Of a DNA stretch of 64,000 bases, positions 10,061 to 23,098 are shown piece after piece (within the stretch, counting starts at the first letter, position 1; every line of letters starts with the position of its first letter). This DNA comes from Tricharina praecox (lineage: Eukaryota). Made by a program: the position numbers and the translations under genes. Under the pieces are notes generated by a model, which worked only from the letters and a program-made list of their open reading frames with translations, was not told where the DNA came from and did not search any database. The DNA lies in assembly GCF_024521635.1 (NCBI RefSeq), contig NW_026250414.1, positions 496,001 to 560,000 of the forward strand, in the 5' to 3' direction.

Positions 10061-13018
10061 TGGCCAAATGTTGTTGCTCTGGCCGCTGTGCGAGAGAACG
10101 ACATTGACCTTGGTGCGCGGGTTGGTTGCTGCATGCTGGGGGCGGTCCGTAGCAGTGGGAGTTTGTACGATGTGGCAAGCGTGCATGCTCGCCGGAGAAC
10201 TGAATACTCTCTGACAGCTGGCGCATCGTTCGGCGTCGGGGACGGTGCGGTCGCGATGCCGAGTGATATAGATCTACTCAGTTATAGTATGTGGTACGCT
10301 ATATTAGCTTTCTGCCGCAAACCGACCGCCAGTGGGGTTGCAAAGCGATATAATAAGGCCGTGGTCAGATTTCCTACTAATTGTCCGTGACCAATCCTGT
10401 CCTGTCCCGTCCTGTCCGATACATACGTGTAGTACGAACCATACTTCGATCGCATGAATCCTTACCAGTAAGAAGAAGACGGTGGAGGAATCCGTCGGCA
10501 AGGTGCAGTATCAAACATGGTGCATACATACAAGAGAAACATAGCAAGTAGACTGTAGAAGTAGAAGTAGGAATACTACAACAGGTAGTGTAACCACTGT
10601 CAAACCTAACTCTTCCACAAACCACGAGGCAGGTTGCTATCCTCGCCATCGGGATTCGGCATGCCGTAGTACATACTTACATACCAAGAGATTCTGCCAG
10701 CCCTACAATCCGAGTTTCGGTGCACTTTTGGATCCACTCCTTTATGGTGCTTGGTTTACTGAACGGGTTATTGGTAGGTTGGTTAAGAAGATTTCTAGAA
10801 GATTTATGTACATACATGGCAATGGTGATGTGGTTGTAAAGAAGCGTCGGCGATCGCTGGCAATGTAAATTAGCGACGAAAAGGATTCTCATATGTAGGT
10901 ATGTCCATACCGTGGGTATATGTTGAACGATGACCATGTACACAGGAGGGCGAGATTTGCGCTGCAACATCACCGATCGTCATTCGTCTTCTAGCCCCGG
11001 ATTTAAGACTTACCTAGGTCGTATTTACTGGATTCTCGGTTGTATATATCATAATTTAGATACCTAGGTCGAAGGCATTGTGATGATACAAACAATTGCT
11101 GTTCGGATAGGATGGAACTAAAATATTCAGCCTAGGATCTAGCGGTGGATAAGTGCCAGATGGACTTTTCTGAGCCATCGAAGCCGCGGTAACGAACACA
11201 GCACCTTCTACCTCGACCGACAGCCCTAATACTATTGATGTTCCCTGGATTGGCCTCTGATTTGTTTGGACGGGCTTCCACCGTCTATCGACGAGAAGAA
11301 ACTGCCATCCAGCGGTGTTATGTACGACCACTACATTCACGTATCTAAAGGGGCATTGTATTTAGGTAGTCCACATTATGCGTCGGTACCTATAGGTATG
11401 TACTTGACGGACCGCGGGCGACCACCAAGAATCAAATTCCAAAGAATCACTAAAGCTCAGTAGGTACCTACCTTGGTAGATACCTATGTCTTCATTCGTC
11501 TGATCAATAATTGGACAGGACTGACTGCCGCCAGGGTATGAACGGTGGTGGAATTACTCTTCAGCCGCTATATAGGGCTGAAAAGGTGGACGACGCACAA
11601 CGGACGGCACGGGCTGTTGCTATCCGTACAAAAAGAATGTGCGAAATATGCAAATCATAATCAATCACTCGCGGTACCCAATTGCACTGCCCTACCGATA
11701 GCAGCAGTTTCTTGGCTAGGTTGCATCCGTGTCTATAGTAGCACACACCAGCTACAGCACACAGTATCTATGCATCTCGTCTGGAGAATGTGATGTAACG
11801 TATTACGAGGCTGTTTCTGCGTGCAAGTTCGTCCATATGCGAAACGTCGAAGAGGTGGAGACGACGGCAAGCTTACGGCTGGTTTTATGGCTGTGGACAA
11901 TATGAATCCCATGATCGATCTACCTATGCGAACTGCAGAAGGCTGGGGCGGCGAACAGGATGAGGTGCAGATGTCTCAAATATGCATAAGGAAGGGGAAG
12001 TGCATGGGGGCCATCGCATAGCATCCCGTATCATAACAGAGTGTTTACTAACTGTGTACATACTATAACTACCGCCGCACTGGTTGGGAACTCGGTACCT
12101 ACTCTAGAGTACGGGTACTCGGTGGAACTGCTGGGTTGTGGAATGCCGATGAAGCCGCCCGGGCTTGTATCGAATACTTGCCGAAGGTTTCGGCCCCTCG
12201 ATCTTTATCCTATAGTTGCTGCGCTACTCACGCGGATGACATAACTTCGAAATCTACAGCATACGGGCTCAGCTTGTATCCGAGAAGTCCACATCGATTG
12301 CCTCATCACGTACGATATCTTACACCTCTCCTCCGTATGTATGTAATATCGCTATTGAACCAATGAGCCGCGGCTGTGGATGTCCCCCTGCAATGCATGT
12401 CTTCATCAATCACTTTCACTCCTTGCAGGATGACTGAGCCACACCGTACTGAGGAGTAAAGGCAACGGAGCGCCATCTTCGCTTCGTTACGCCACACTTC
12501 TAATCAATATGTTGCGGGGGGCGGGACAAACAACATTGCTGACATCTGGGATCATTTCTTGATACCCTATGAGGTACCGGTCCTTACCGTATGACTGTTG
12601 CCTAGGATTACACCTGGCAATGATTAGGGCATTCGAAGCACTCTGCCTGTAGCATAGCGACACAACACATCGAAGAAACGTCTACCCGGTAGAGTAAATA
12701 CCCTGTGCTAGTAGCAGCAGCCGTTGTGGCTGAGCCTTCGGAAAAAGAAACGAGGCACTGAGAAAGCCGGGCAGGGTGGTGTCGATCAATAGCGATGCCC
12801 TCGCCCTCTGGTTGGTGCCGGCCTGCCACATCTATGCAGAGTATCTGCACGCTGTCCACTCTACTTTGCCTTGCGGTTACACCGTCGCGCAGCCACGATG
12901 GGAATACTCTCGCTCACCCGATACCCCCCCCAAATACTGGCTCTTGTGCCATCCAACCTCCAAAACACAAGCACTTCCATCCGAACACCAGCACCTCCAA
13001 CGTTTAGCACCCTCGAGG

Positions 13019-15453
13019 ATGAGGTTGTTCAGTTCCGATCTCAGAGTTGCGGCGGTGGCCGTCCTCGCCTTGGCCACGAGTGTCGGTGCACAGCAAGACG
13101 ATCCTGTGAACGATTTCTGCCGACGTTGGGGTCACGAATGTGAGGCTCTTCTCGTATGTCCGATGCAGAGTTTTATTTTATTGACTGTTTGCGTTCGTTC
13201 AGCTGCTGTCATAGGCGACCGATTATACATCGACGGCGGCCAACTGAACTTTCAAGATAACCCCAAGAACTTCACGAGTGGGTTTCGTCTTCGTGCTTCA
13301 GTGACGATGAAGGTGGGATACTGAGACATACGTGCCTAAAGATACCAGGCTACTCTTCCACGACCTGACCACGACCAAGCGTAATGATGAGGAGGTCGGG
13401 CTGCCTATCCTGGAGACGAACCTCACCAAGCAGGCCGAATTCCCGTCGCTCAGTGGCGGCATCCTCTGGGCGGACCAAGCGAACGCCCGATTATACCAAT
13501 TCGGAGGCCAGTGGGCCGAGTCCGAGACCCCCGAGGCCCGGTTCCGGCTGTACAGTTACGACGTGTACGGGAATCAATGGTCTGCCAGAGATCCCGACAA
13601 GTCGATCTCGCGGCTGGCGTACGGCGCGGGGACATCGGTGGAGCACCTCGGGAGAGCATTCTACATGGGCGGCTGGATGAACGAGAAAACCGACCGGAAT
13701 TGGGTGGGACCTCGCGCTGCGAGCAATAAGCTATTGATGTACGACATGATCGGGGACAAGTGGACGAACAGTACCGGCCCAAGTGATCAGGAGGGGAGGG
13801 CCGAGGGCGTGTTGTTCTACGTGCCGTTTAGCGACAACGGAATGTTGGCGTATTTCGGAGGCGTGCGAGTGAATAGCCGCGGTGTCGAAAGGGCCGTGAG
13901 TGGACTCAAGACTCATAGCTTGTTGAAATGAATACTGACGATATGACGCCACAGGGCTCTATGAGTACCATAGGTATGATCTACACTTCGCACGACTAGG
14001 AGGACGACGGCGTGCTGACGGACAAAGACATCTTCGATTTAGCAGGCAACAAGTGGTACACTCAGAATGCAACTGGCGACATTCCTGAGCCTAGACATAG
14101 GTTCTGCGGTGGCATTGCAACCGCGGAGGATGGTTCTAGTTCGAACATGTATGGCATTCATAATTCCTCACTCTATCGAACGCATCAGCTGAAGAATATA
14201 GATATATCTACGGTGGCCTGGGCTTCGGTGCAAACGCAACTGGATTTGACGACGCCTATGTAAGTTGCCACGTCCAGAATAATCGGTTGATGAACTAAAC
14301 ATTCCAGATTCTCAGCCTTCCTACATTTACGTGGATCAAAATCTATCCCGCCAAAGGCATCGTGCGTGAGGAGAAGGACGCTTACCCCAAGTTTGATATG
14401 TCCTGCGCTGTGGTAAAGGGCTCGCAGCTGGTCATCATTGGCGGACAATACTCCAAGGATTTGGAAGTCACAAGCGTAACCCGCCAACCCCGATTGCTTG
14501 TGATGAGTCTCACGATGCTAACGTTCAGTAGTGTGATGTGCCAAAAGCCTGGGGTGTCCATAACCTGGTCATGTCCAAGGTCGATACCGGCAAAACAGCG
14601 GCGTATTGGGGCTCGTTCGACCCAAAACGTGACAAGTATACCATTCCTGATGATATTATCGATGTCATCGGCGGCGAGTATGTCTTTCACCCATCCAGAA
14701 AAACCTTTCATCAACACCATACGCTAACATTCAACCTCACCCAGTGCCTACGGAAATGCTCAAGTCAAGTCCCCCGACCCGAAGTTCGACTCTGCCGACC
14801 TCGATGTCCTTTTCCGCCGCACGGTGACAGTCAAACCTCGCGTGCCCACACGTACAGCACCGGCAGTAACCGCAAGCTCTGGTGCTTCCACGGAAGAAGC
14901 AGGCGTCTTCTCGACTCCAGGCAAACGCGCGGCAATCCTAGTTCCGGTGATTTGCGGTATCGCCATCCTCGCCATCCTAGGATTCTTTGCTATTCGATGG
15001 TACCGCCGAAAGAAGAGAAGCCAAGGTTTCCAGCAACCGCACGATGCACCACCTCCACAATACAAGCAAGATTCGAACGATGGGCTAGCGGACGTGCACG
15101 CAACCCAGCACCCCCAAGAGAGATGGGAGAATCTTCCACAACTCGACGCGACTTCTCCGGGGCACCAGACGTATCCGGATGCCTTCCACACAGGACCGTA
15201 CAGTGACTACTCGGGCACCATACACACACCGCGGCACACCAGCCCACCCCCAGTAGAGCTGGGCGGCAGTGTGTACGGAACACTGAGTAGGAAACCAGTA
15301 CCGGCGGGCTCGCCGCCGGGCACGCCAATCACACCAGTGGTAACGGGCCATTTCCCGCCGCCGCTGTTGGAGGGACTAATGCAGGCAAGGAATCCTCCGC
15401 CCGGACCGGAGATGAAGGATAGGGGAGGGAACAGATTTTCGGAGAATCTGTAG
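13019..15453 (+). CDS. Signal-peptide, kelch/galactose-oxidase-type beta-propeller, single-pass membrane protein
   Basis: Signal peptide MRLFSSDLRVAAVAVLALATSVGA; kelch-like blades LYIDGG, LYQFGG, FYMGG, AYFGG, IYIYGG, LVIIGG; TM AAILVPVICGIAILAILGFFAI followed by RWYRRKKR; Pro-rich tail. About 8 introns spliced in frame by eye, including a 19-nt microexon at 13955-13973. Confidence 0.85.
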
Positions 15454-15754
15454 GGATATGGAGATATTTTCTGCGGAGAATGATTGTGCGTTTTATGTAT
15501 GTACCATGGGACAGAGATACCTAGTCCCTACGCGGTTTTTTTTTCTTTTTTCTTCTTCTTTCATCAATGTAGAGGTGTTTTTTTTGGATTGTAATACCTG
15601 TAACCTACCTAATGTAGCTCTTGCTTCTGCTTCGCCCGGGATATTGGCGCTTTTTTTGATACCTTTTTTTGTATGTACGATCCATGGATGATAGGCAATG
15701 CATTCTATGAGTGGAGTTATGCGTCAAGCCCACGGTTTAACCGTTAAAAAGTCA

Positions 15755-15960
15755 TCTAGTTTTCGTTTGATCCTGCTTGCGTTCGACCTTTTAGATCATG
15801 GCAGTTTTGACACAGGTACACCGTATCCTTCGGCCGCTGGTCGTAAGCTCGATGTGGGTTCCCCATTGCTCTCTGCCTAGCCCGTACAGATAGGTGAAAA
15901 CAGAGAAGGAAAGAAGGAAAGAACGAGCGAATGGGAGAGGAGGAGGAGCAAAGCAATGGG
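15755..15960 (-). mobile_element. LINE 3'-UTR-only remnant
   Basis: Minus strand has a pyrimidine tract then ...GGCCGAAGGATACGG...TGCCATGATCTAAAAGGTCGAACGCAA, matching the terminal motif of the 6345 and 49118 copies. Confidence 0.55.
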
Positions 15961-17384
15961 GGAAGGAGATAAATAAGGAGGTAGGAGTGGAATAAAGTAC
16001 CCAAGTCTCCGTCCCTCTCCGTATTACAATCCACCGCCTTCCATCCCGCTGTCCTTTTCCCCTTCGCCCTGGCCCCTATGTACCGCATGCCAATCCACTG
16101 GCGTCGCTGCCACCCTATTCTGCGCCGAATCGATGCCTCCAAGTAGACCGGGGTTTAGGAGGAAGAGCGGGGAGACTTCCCTCCTTTCTTCCTTCCTTCC
16201 TCTGGCGCCGCTGCCCTTTCCAATCCTACTAACTAACGACCACGTGGAGTCTACCGCTGCTACCGCCGCCGCAGTGTCGGAAGTTTGGCTGCGGCGGCGC
16301 CGGTCTATTTAAGTATGTACTCCTGCGAGGCGAGGGGAGGGGAGGGAGAGAACAACGTCGACCGACATCTGGGTGGACTGGAGGGTCAGGAGTCAGAAGT
16401 CAGGATGGCCCCACTAAGTCTGCACCTACTCGTTCCTCGCCCGGTTTCTTTCTTTCCGGAGTGCTTCGCACAACCGTTTCTGTTGTAGTCCATCAACAGC
16501 GCACGCGAGAGCAGCACAGGTATCACTCGACATGTGAGTGACACCATGTGCACAGCTAGAGCCTGGGGGCGCCTATTCGCGCACAAAAACCTCCACCGCC
16601 CTCGGCGAGTGCGGTGAGTGAGTGCGAACCTTGGAACCTAACCTTGGAATCCAACCTTGGAACCCAATCGGTGCCCAACACTCATTTACCATCCCCGAAC
16701 CCCGGTGAGTACTTCTTACCTACTCAGATAAATAGATAGGAATCTTGGAACCCAGTCGGTACTCAACACGCCGCCGGACCACTATTATAGGCTACTACAG
16801 GCTATGAGGTATGTAAGGGATTTTAGAAGCCGGGGCCCGGAGGTTAATTACAACTTACGGTATATTCCGTATAATCCGGCGCGGCCGTACCTACTACCTA
16901 CCTACTACCTGCAGCCTGCTATCTACACCTTACCTTGGCGGAAGCCTTCGATACGGTCGGTATGTAGCTTCTTGGCTGGGCGATGGTCTTCGACATACCT
17001 ACATAGAGTACTCGACCGACAAAGAACCACGAACCACAGTGTGAGCGTAGAATAACCCACAATGCGTCAACACAAATACACAACACAAATACACAAAACA
17101 ACACAAATACCATGCACGGCGGGTATCGACACGCAAGCAGATTATCACATGTAGCGCGGTAATTCAACGTATTTCGTTGACGCCTCTTTTCAACTTTCAA
17201 GTGGATTTTGCACATAAAGTCACACAAGCTAATACTAGTATGTATTGTGTAGATATCGCCAGCATTCCATCTCACTCTACATAGCTGTTCAAGTTGTCAC
17301 ATCTACTCGCTTTGAAGGAGCTAGAACGAAGTAAGGGAATATTGAATTATTATAGAACAAGTTCCGTCTACAGTCCCCAGTTAA

Positions 17385-20300
17385 TTACACCACCACCTCA
17401 ACCCCACCGACCACCACCCTCCTCTCAGCGATCCACCTAACCTCTCCCGCCCCCTCTCCCGCCACCTCCGCCACCTCATTGCCCAGCTTCCTCCTCACCT
17501 TCGGCTGCAAGCAGCGATCGCTCTCGCCGGTAGTCGCCGTGCCGAGGTAGCTCAGGAGGCCGCCTACAAACTTCCAAACACACAGCTCACTTTCCGCTAC
17601 TGCAGCGAGACATTTCCCATCGGTACTGAACGCGAGCTGGCTCGCCAGTCCCTTATGGCCATCAAGGATGTGCAGGGTGGAGCAGTTTTTCATGTCGTAG
17701 ACGATGATTGTGGCGGGGGAGGCGGAGATGGCGAGGCGCTGAGTGGGCCGGTGGAAGGCGATGGTGTGGTACACCGATGTGAGCGTGTCGACGAGGGTGG
17801 AGACCGCGGGGAGGATCTTTTCCCGTAAGCCGGAGTTGGGATCGAGCGTTTTGATCACGGCGGAGAGGATCGTGTGGAGTACTGGTGAGGGGAGGAGCGT
17901 GGGCGAGGAGCTGGCGATCGCGGTGACGATGTGGATTGCGGCGGTGGAGAGGGCGCCGAGTGTGGAGAGGGTGGTGGCGGCGAGGGAGGCGGTGGGTGTC
18001 GAGGTGGGTGTGTGGTGGTTTATGTTGTTTGCTAGACTGGAGGCGAGGAGGAGACTGTTTTTAGAGGCGATCGAGATGAAGCATCGATGCAGGTTTGTGC
18101 GGCGCGCGGGGGTGGTGGTGGTCGTGGATATGCGGATTAGGTTGTGCAGGGCGGAATAGGCGTCAAAGTGCTTCTCGAAGGTGGACCATGAGTAGCCGAT
18201 TACTTCTATCGCCGTGTCTTGGTAGAGTGGATTTTCTTCGTTGAGGAGAAGCTCCGCACTACGGGCTACGGCTTTCTTCAAACTGGAGGGGAATCCATCA
18301 GCTATATGTATCGCAGTCGGAGGGAGGATACATACCTCTCATCATAGCTTCGATCATCATCATAATCCGAGATGAGTTTCCCGAGCAGAATAACCGATCT
18401 GGCAACCTCCTTCGTAGACGATAGCTCCGGGGGGACAAAGCAGGGGAGATAACCTCTCCAATACTCGACGGTAACCTTCCTCTCCTCTTCGGTCAGGGCA
18501 CTCATGAACGCATCCAGACACTCCCGCGCAACCCATCTGATCAGCGGGTTCGCATCCGACCAGAACTTCGCAAACACGCCCAGCGCAACCTGTTTCTTCC
18601 CCAGATGTCGCTGCAGCATCTTCTCGAGCACGGTATTCATCAGCTCCTTCTTCCCCGTCGCCTCCAGGAGCGCTGAGATCAGCGCGAGGGCCGCCAGCAG
18701 CTTGATGGACGTGACCGTGGGCGAAACCTCTTCACCAAGATTTGCGGAGGGCGCGAGCATCGAAACTCTTCCGCCCGCGCCAATCTGCCCAAGTGTTGCA
18801 GGCCGCTTCCGATGGAAAAAGAACTGATCGACCGCGAACCTCCACTCACCGGTATCAGCGTCCTCATCCTCATCCTCATCATCATCCTCGACGTGATCGT
18901 CCAGAAACAGCTGATCGGTCCCGCCGGGCACCAATGCGGTCAGCAGACTTTTCGCCGCCACGATGGCCGGATGATTCCCGACGACCCTGCGTTCGGCTTT
19001 GCGACTGCGCTGCGCCGCCGTCTCGATCGCCGTCTCGAGCCCCGCCAGGACCGCGCGAACACTGATGCTGGCGGTCGGCAGGCCAATGCGGCAGAAGTCA
19101 TCCATGAGCTGCAGTGTTCCGTCGGGGCTCGCCATGCCCTCCTCCTCATCATCGACGGCTAGTTGCAGCAGGTGTACGACACGCCACTCTACTGCAGCCC
19201 GGTCTGCCGAGGAAATACTCTCCGAGCCTGTCGACGCTGTTGCCGATCGCTCCTCGACGGACATTTGCGTGCTCACGGCAATACTTGTCCCCCTCGACGG
19301 CGGGGGGTTGACGAGCACGCCGCCATCCTCCTCGCCCATGCTCCACTCCCGGCGCACCCCGTCTTCATACACGAGCGCAAGGAGGTTCCTCCCCTGCTTG
19401 GTCGCGAACGCCTCGAGACGCGAGCACTCGTGGCTCGGGAACATGACCATGACCCGCGCCCTCTCGACATCGACGACGCAGGCGGTGCCGTCTTCGGAGC
19501 TGACCAGCAGGGTGGAGCGCAGGCGCCGGCCCAGGTTCGATGGGAGAAGGTATGCGGACTCAACCGCGCTGGTGAAGAGTGGCAGCCGCACGGAGCAGTG
19601 GTTCGACGGCGACGAAATGATGTAGAGATCCCCCGTCTGCGTGCCCGCAATGAGGTATTCCTTCCCACCGGAGATCCCGGCGTTGCGGCCGGCGCCGACG
19701 TACTCACTTATGCGCACAGATCTGAGGATGCAGATGGACGAGGGTGAGTCCTGGGTCGGAAGCGGAATGGAAGCGGTGGGATCGTGGTAGGAGAGGAGAA
19801 ACGCGGTCAAGGAGTACAGGTGCACTGTGGCGCCGTGGGCGATGGCGAGCATGTTACAGAAGACCTCCGAGCAAGTGGAGGGAGCTTCAGGATGTCCCGG
19901 GTCATGGCGTTCACTGATGCTCGTGAGTGCTGGACTACAGTCAGCGGTCGTTTCGATGATAAACCAATGGTTTTCGTGACTTGAAGCACACCTTTTTCAT
20001 TCCAATTAACGATTTCCATGCCCTCCTCGGTCCTGCGTATCTCCGCCACAGAAATATCAATCCCGGGCCTCCTGCCAGGGCTCTGCACCTTCGGCCTACT
20101 GGAGACCACGACCTCGCCCTCGCCCTTGACGGCATCAAAAAACGCCGCGACATTCATGACCACATCGTGCTCAAACGCCTCTTTCGGCGGCGTCCACTCT
20201 GCTAGCTCCTCCAATTGCTGCCCCTTGACCGTAAAAACCTTAACCCTCCCATCGCCGGTGTGGACAATGAGCGTCCTGCGTGCGGTCCCCAGCTCAACGC

Positions 20301-21126
20301 TGACCACCCTCGCGGGCACCGCGACCTCATGCATCTTCACGAAGCCTGCGGAGCCCGCGGAGCCAGCAGCAGCCAGCGTATGAAACGACAACCCGCGGTC
20401 TTGCACGACCAGCCAGCCCCCATCCACCGCCTCCCACCCCGTAATCCGCCCCCACTCCTCCCGCACCCCTACCATCCTCACCCCCGAAACCCTCCGGACC
20501 ACAACCCCGCCTGCAACCTTCCCCACATCCCTTTCCACAACCCAGCTCTCGACCTCTCCAGTGGCCAGTAGCGTCAGCACTCCCTCCCCCTCCTTCTCCC
20601 CCACCTCCCCGCCCACCCCCTCCCCCTCCCACATTTCCAAAGGAACAGCCCAATCCCTCACCCCCCAAACCCCCACCGTCTCCAGACTAACCGGATCCAC
20701 AAGGACCACCTGCGTGGCACACGCGTACACGGCGAGCACACCGCCCAGCACCTTCAACCCCCTCGGCCTCTCCACCACGGGCGCAGGCGCAGCCACGACA
20801 CAGCGCCAGTCGTCGGTACTCCATTTCGACAGCGCGCCCTGCGCATCGAGGCTGAGGACGTATTCTCCCGCGGCGGCGGCGGCGGTTTCGCAGGGGGAGA
20901 CGAGGGGGTGGAGCGAGAGGATGGGCGCGCGGTGGCCGAGCAGCCGCCCGAGAAGCTGGGGTGGAGAGGTAGAACGGAGATGGAAGACGCTGATCTCCCC
21001 TGTTGAGAGGCCAAGGAGGAGGTGCGTCCGGCTTTGGTAAGAGGTGGTTACTGTGGCCGTGCTGGTCAGGGAGAGCGCGGACGAGGTCCAGTGGGTGAAG
21101 GGGAAGGAGAACGCTGGGAGAGACAT
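17385..21126 (-). CDS. WDR7: Large WD40 protein, WDR7/WDR72 (Rabconnectin-3beta)-like
   Basis: Three ORF-track segments joined by two GT-AG introns (~19991-19931 and ~18335-18283). N-terminus FPFTHW...LLLGLSTGEISVFHL...LLGHRAPILSL and C-terminus IAFHRPTQRLAI...IIVYDMK...ILDGHKG...LAFSTDGKCLA match my recollection of WDR7 termini; helical solenoid between. Confidence 0.7.
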
Positions 21127-21489
21127 GCTGTGTGGAGCGGGGTGTGGGGTGTGCGGAGCTGCGGGGAGCTGTGGAGGGGAGCTGCGCGCTGGAGAGCTGT
21201 GGTTGGGAATTGCTGCTTTCGGTTGGACGGGCGGAAAGGCGCGGATGATCCTGGTGCGACGGTGCTTGGCGGGGGGCTAATGATGTGCTATGTGAGAGGT
21301 TCAAAGGAATGGATAGGTCGGGAGGAGGAGAGAGGTGGACTGTGAATGCGTTTATATCGAGTATGGGTGTGTAAAGGTAGTGTAGGCATACTTGGAAGCA
21401 TCTACTGTCGTTGAAAAGTCGCACTTCATATACATCACTCGCCTTCCTCGGCACCAACAGTGTCGGAGCACATCTCCATCCAAAGAACA

Positions 21490-22827
21490 CCCCCCCGGCC
21501 TAGTTTCACCATGTTGACAGACGGATCGCGGTTGGAGGATGGCGGCTGCGGATATTCGGTGGTGTGGGGAAAAGGCCCGACCAGCCGGCGAGGATACAAA
21601 ACCCATATGGGCTACAACCAAGAGGCCTACGACGCAGAGTGCGCTGCCATAGTAAGGGCACTGGAAACAGCGGTGGATAGACTGCAAAGGTGGCCGACCC
21701 TAGAGCGTGTCACCATCTTCACCGACGCTCAGGCGGCAATATAGTAGTGCGAATGAGTTCCCTCGACGTTGGCCCAGGCCAACAGTATGCCCACCAAGCA
21801 AGGGAATGGCTAGCCAAAATCAAGTGTCCAGTGGAGATCCGGTGATGTCCTGCCCACGAGAAAATCGAAGGAAATGAGATCGCAGATGGGTGGGCCCAGT
21901 AGGTAGTAGAAAACCCGGACGGCGATGGAGTAGAATGGCTCCGGCAAGGTATGTAGCGGATATGGACGCCGGCGTGACGTGCCCCTCCCGGTCTCACTGG
22001 CACATCTCCAGAGGCGGATTAGCGATGAAAAGCGGAGAGAGGCGCATTAGTGGTCACTGGGCCGGATCAAAAACCGGCGGTACGATACCAGGCAGCCCCC
22101 GAAAAAGACCCCGGATCCGCTCCCAGCAAATGCGCCGAAGAAGCTGGTCGCCCGCTTCTACCGACTGAAGACAGGGCACGCCCTCACGGCGATGTACCTG
22201 GAGTGGATAAAGAAGCGGGATGATGATCATTGCTGGTGGTGCAACAGGCCTACCGAGCAGTCCCGCGAGCACCTATTCAAAACTTTCTCACGCTGGAGAA
22301 GCCAACAGAAAGCCTTGTGGGCAAAGGTCCCGAAGGAGATGGAGAGGAGGAAAGAGAAGTGGTCGATAGCGGAGCTATTCGCCGACCAGCAATGCAGCGA
22401 GGCAATCCTAAGGAGGAAAGCTCCACCAGGCCTGGAGGCAAGCATCTCATCGGGGGCAGAGCAAGAGCGCCCAGCAGAGTAAGTACTGTGTCTGCGGCCG
22501 GTGCGAAGAAGTACCTAGGAGATGAGGATATGTGGTGATAGTTTCTTGAAGCGGAAAGGCGGAAGGCGGGAGAGAGAGGCGAGGGGGCAGCAGGAGGAGC
22601 GGGCATGTAGGCCCATAGGTACCGGTCTTTACTGTCAATCTACTTTCTACTTTTTGCTTGTGTCAGCTCGAGGCGGATGGGCAGGGGAAGTGGGGCGCCG
22701 CATCGGACTGGTCGGTACCGGGGCTTTCACCTCGACTGGCCAGGGCGGGCAGGAAAAGGAGTGCGTTGGTTCGCCATAGGTAGTCTAGATTGGCTGCATG
22801 CGAAATAAAAAGGAAGATCTCTCTCTC
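21490..22827 (+). mobile_element. 5'-truncated, decayed non-LTR retrotransposon (Tad1-like LINE): RNase H, C-terminal Cys/His region, 3' UTR
   Basis: RNase H motifs TDGS, EAYDAECAAI, IFTDAQAAI, R*CPAHEKIEGNEIAD; then FYRLKTGH, CWWC, SREHLF; in-frame stops and frameshifts; ends GCATGCGAAATAAAA...(TC)5. Confidence 0.9.
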
Positions 22828-23098
22828 GCCATCCAAAGAACGCATGATTTGCCGTGTACATTTGTTTGTAGAACCCGTCTCTAGTCCATCGAAGATAGCA
22901 TCAGCAACAGCTGTTTCCCCCTTGCTATCTCGCACGCACATCTCCAGATCCCCATCCCAATCCCAATCGCCAGGTATCGTATTCTTCAACTCTACCGAAG
23001 ATCTCTCTACAACACGCCGTAGATGCACCCCCAAATCAAATAAGCGGAAAAAAACATTGCCATTCCCAAATCACACGCACGCCCACATTCATTCACTG

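Noticed and set aside
21490..22480. Heavy RIP, or A-to-I-correctable stops, in the LINE remnant
   Set aside because: Sequence remains GC-balanced and has frameshifts as well as stops; ordinary decay is sufficient.
22690..22770. HDV-like or hammerhead ribozyme in the LINE 3' UTR
   Set aside because: No CUGANGA core; could not build the HDV P1-P2-P3-L3-P1.1-P4 order. Kept only as a conserved hairpin.
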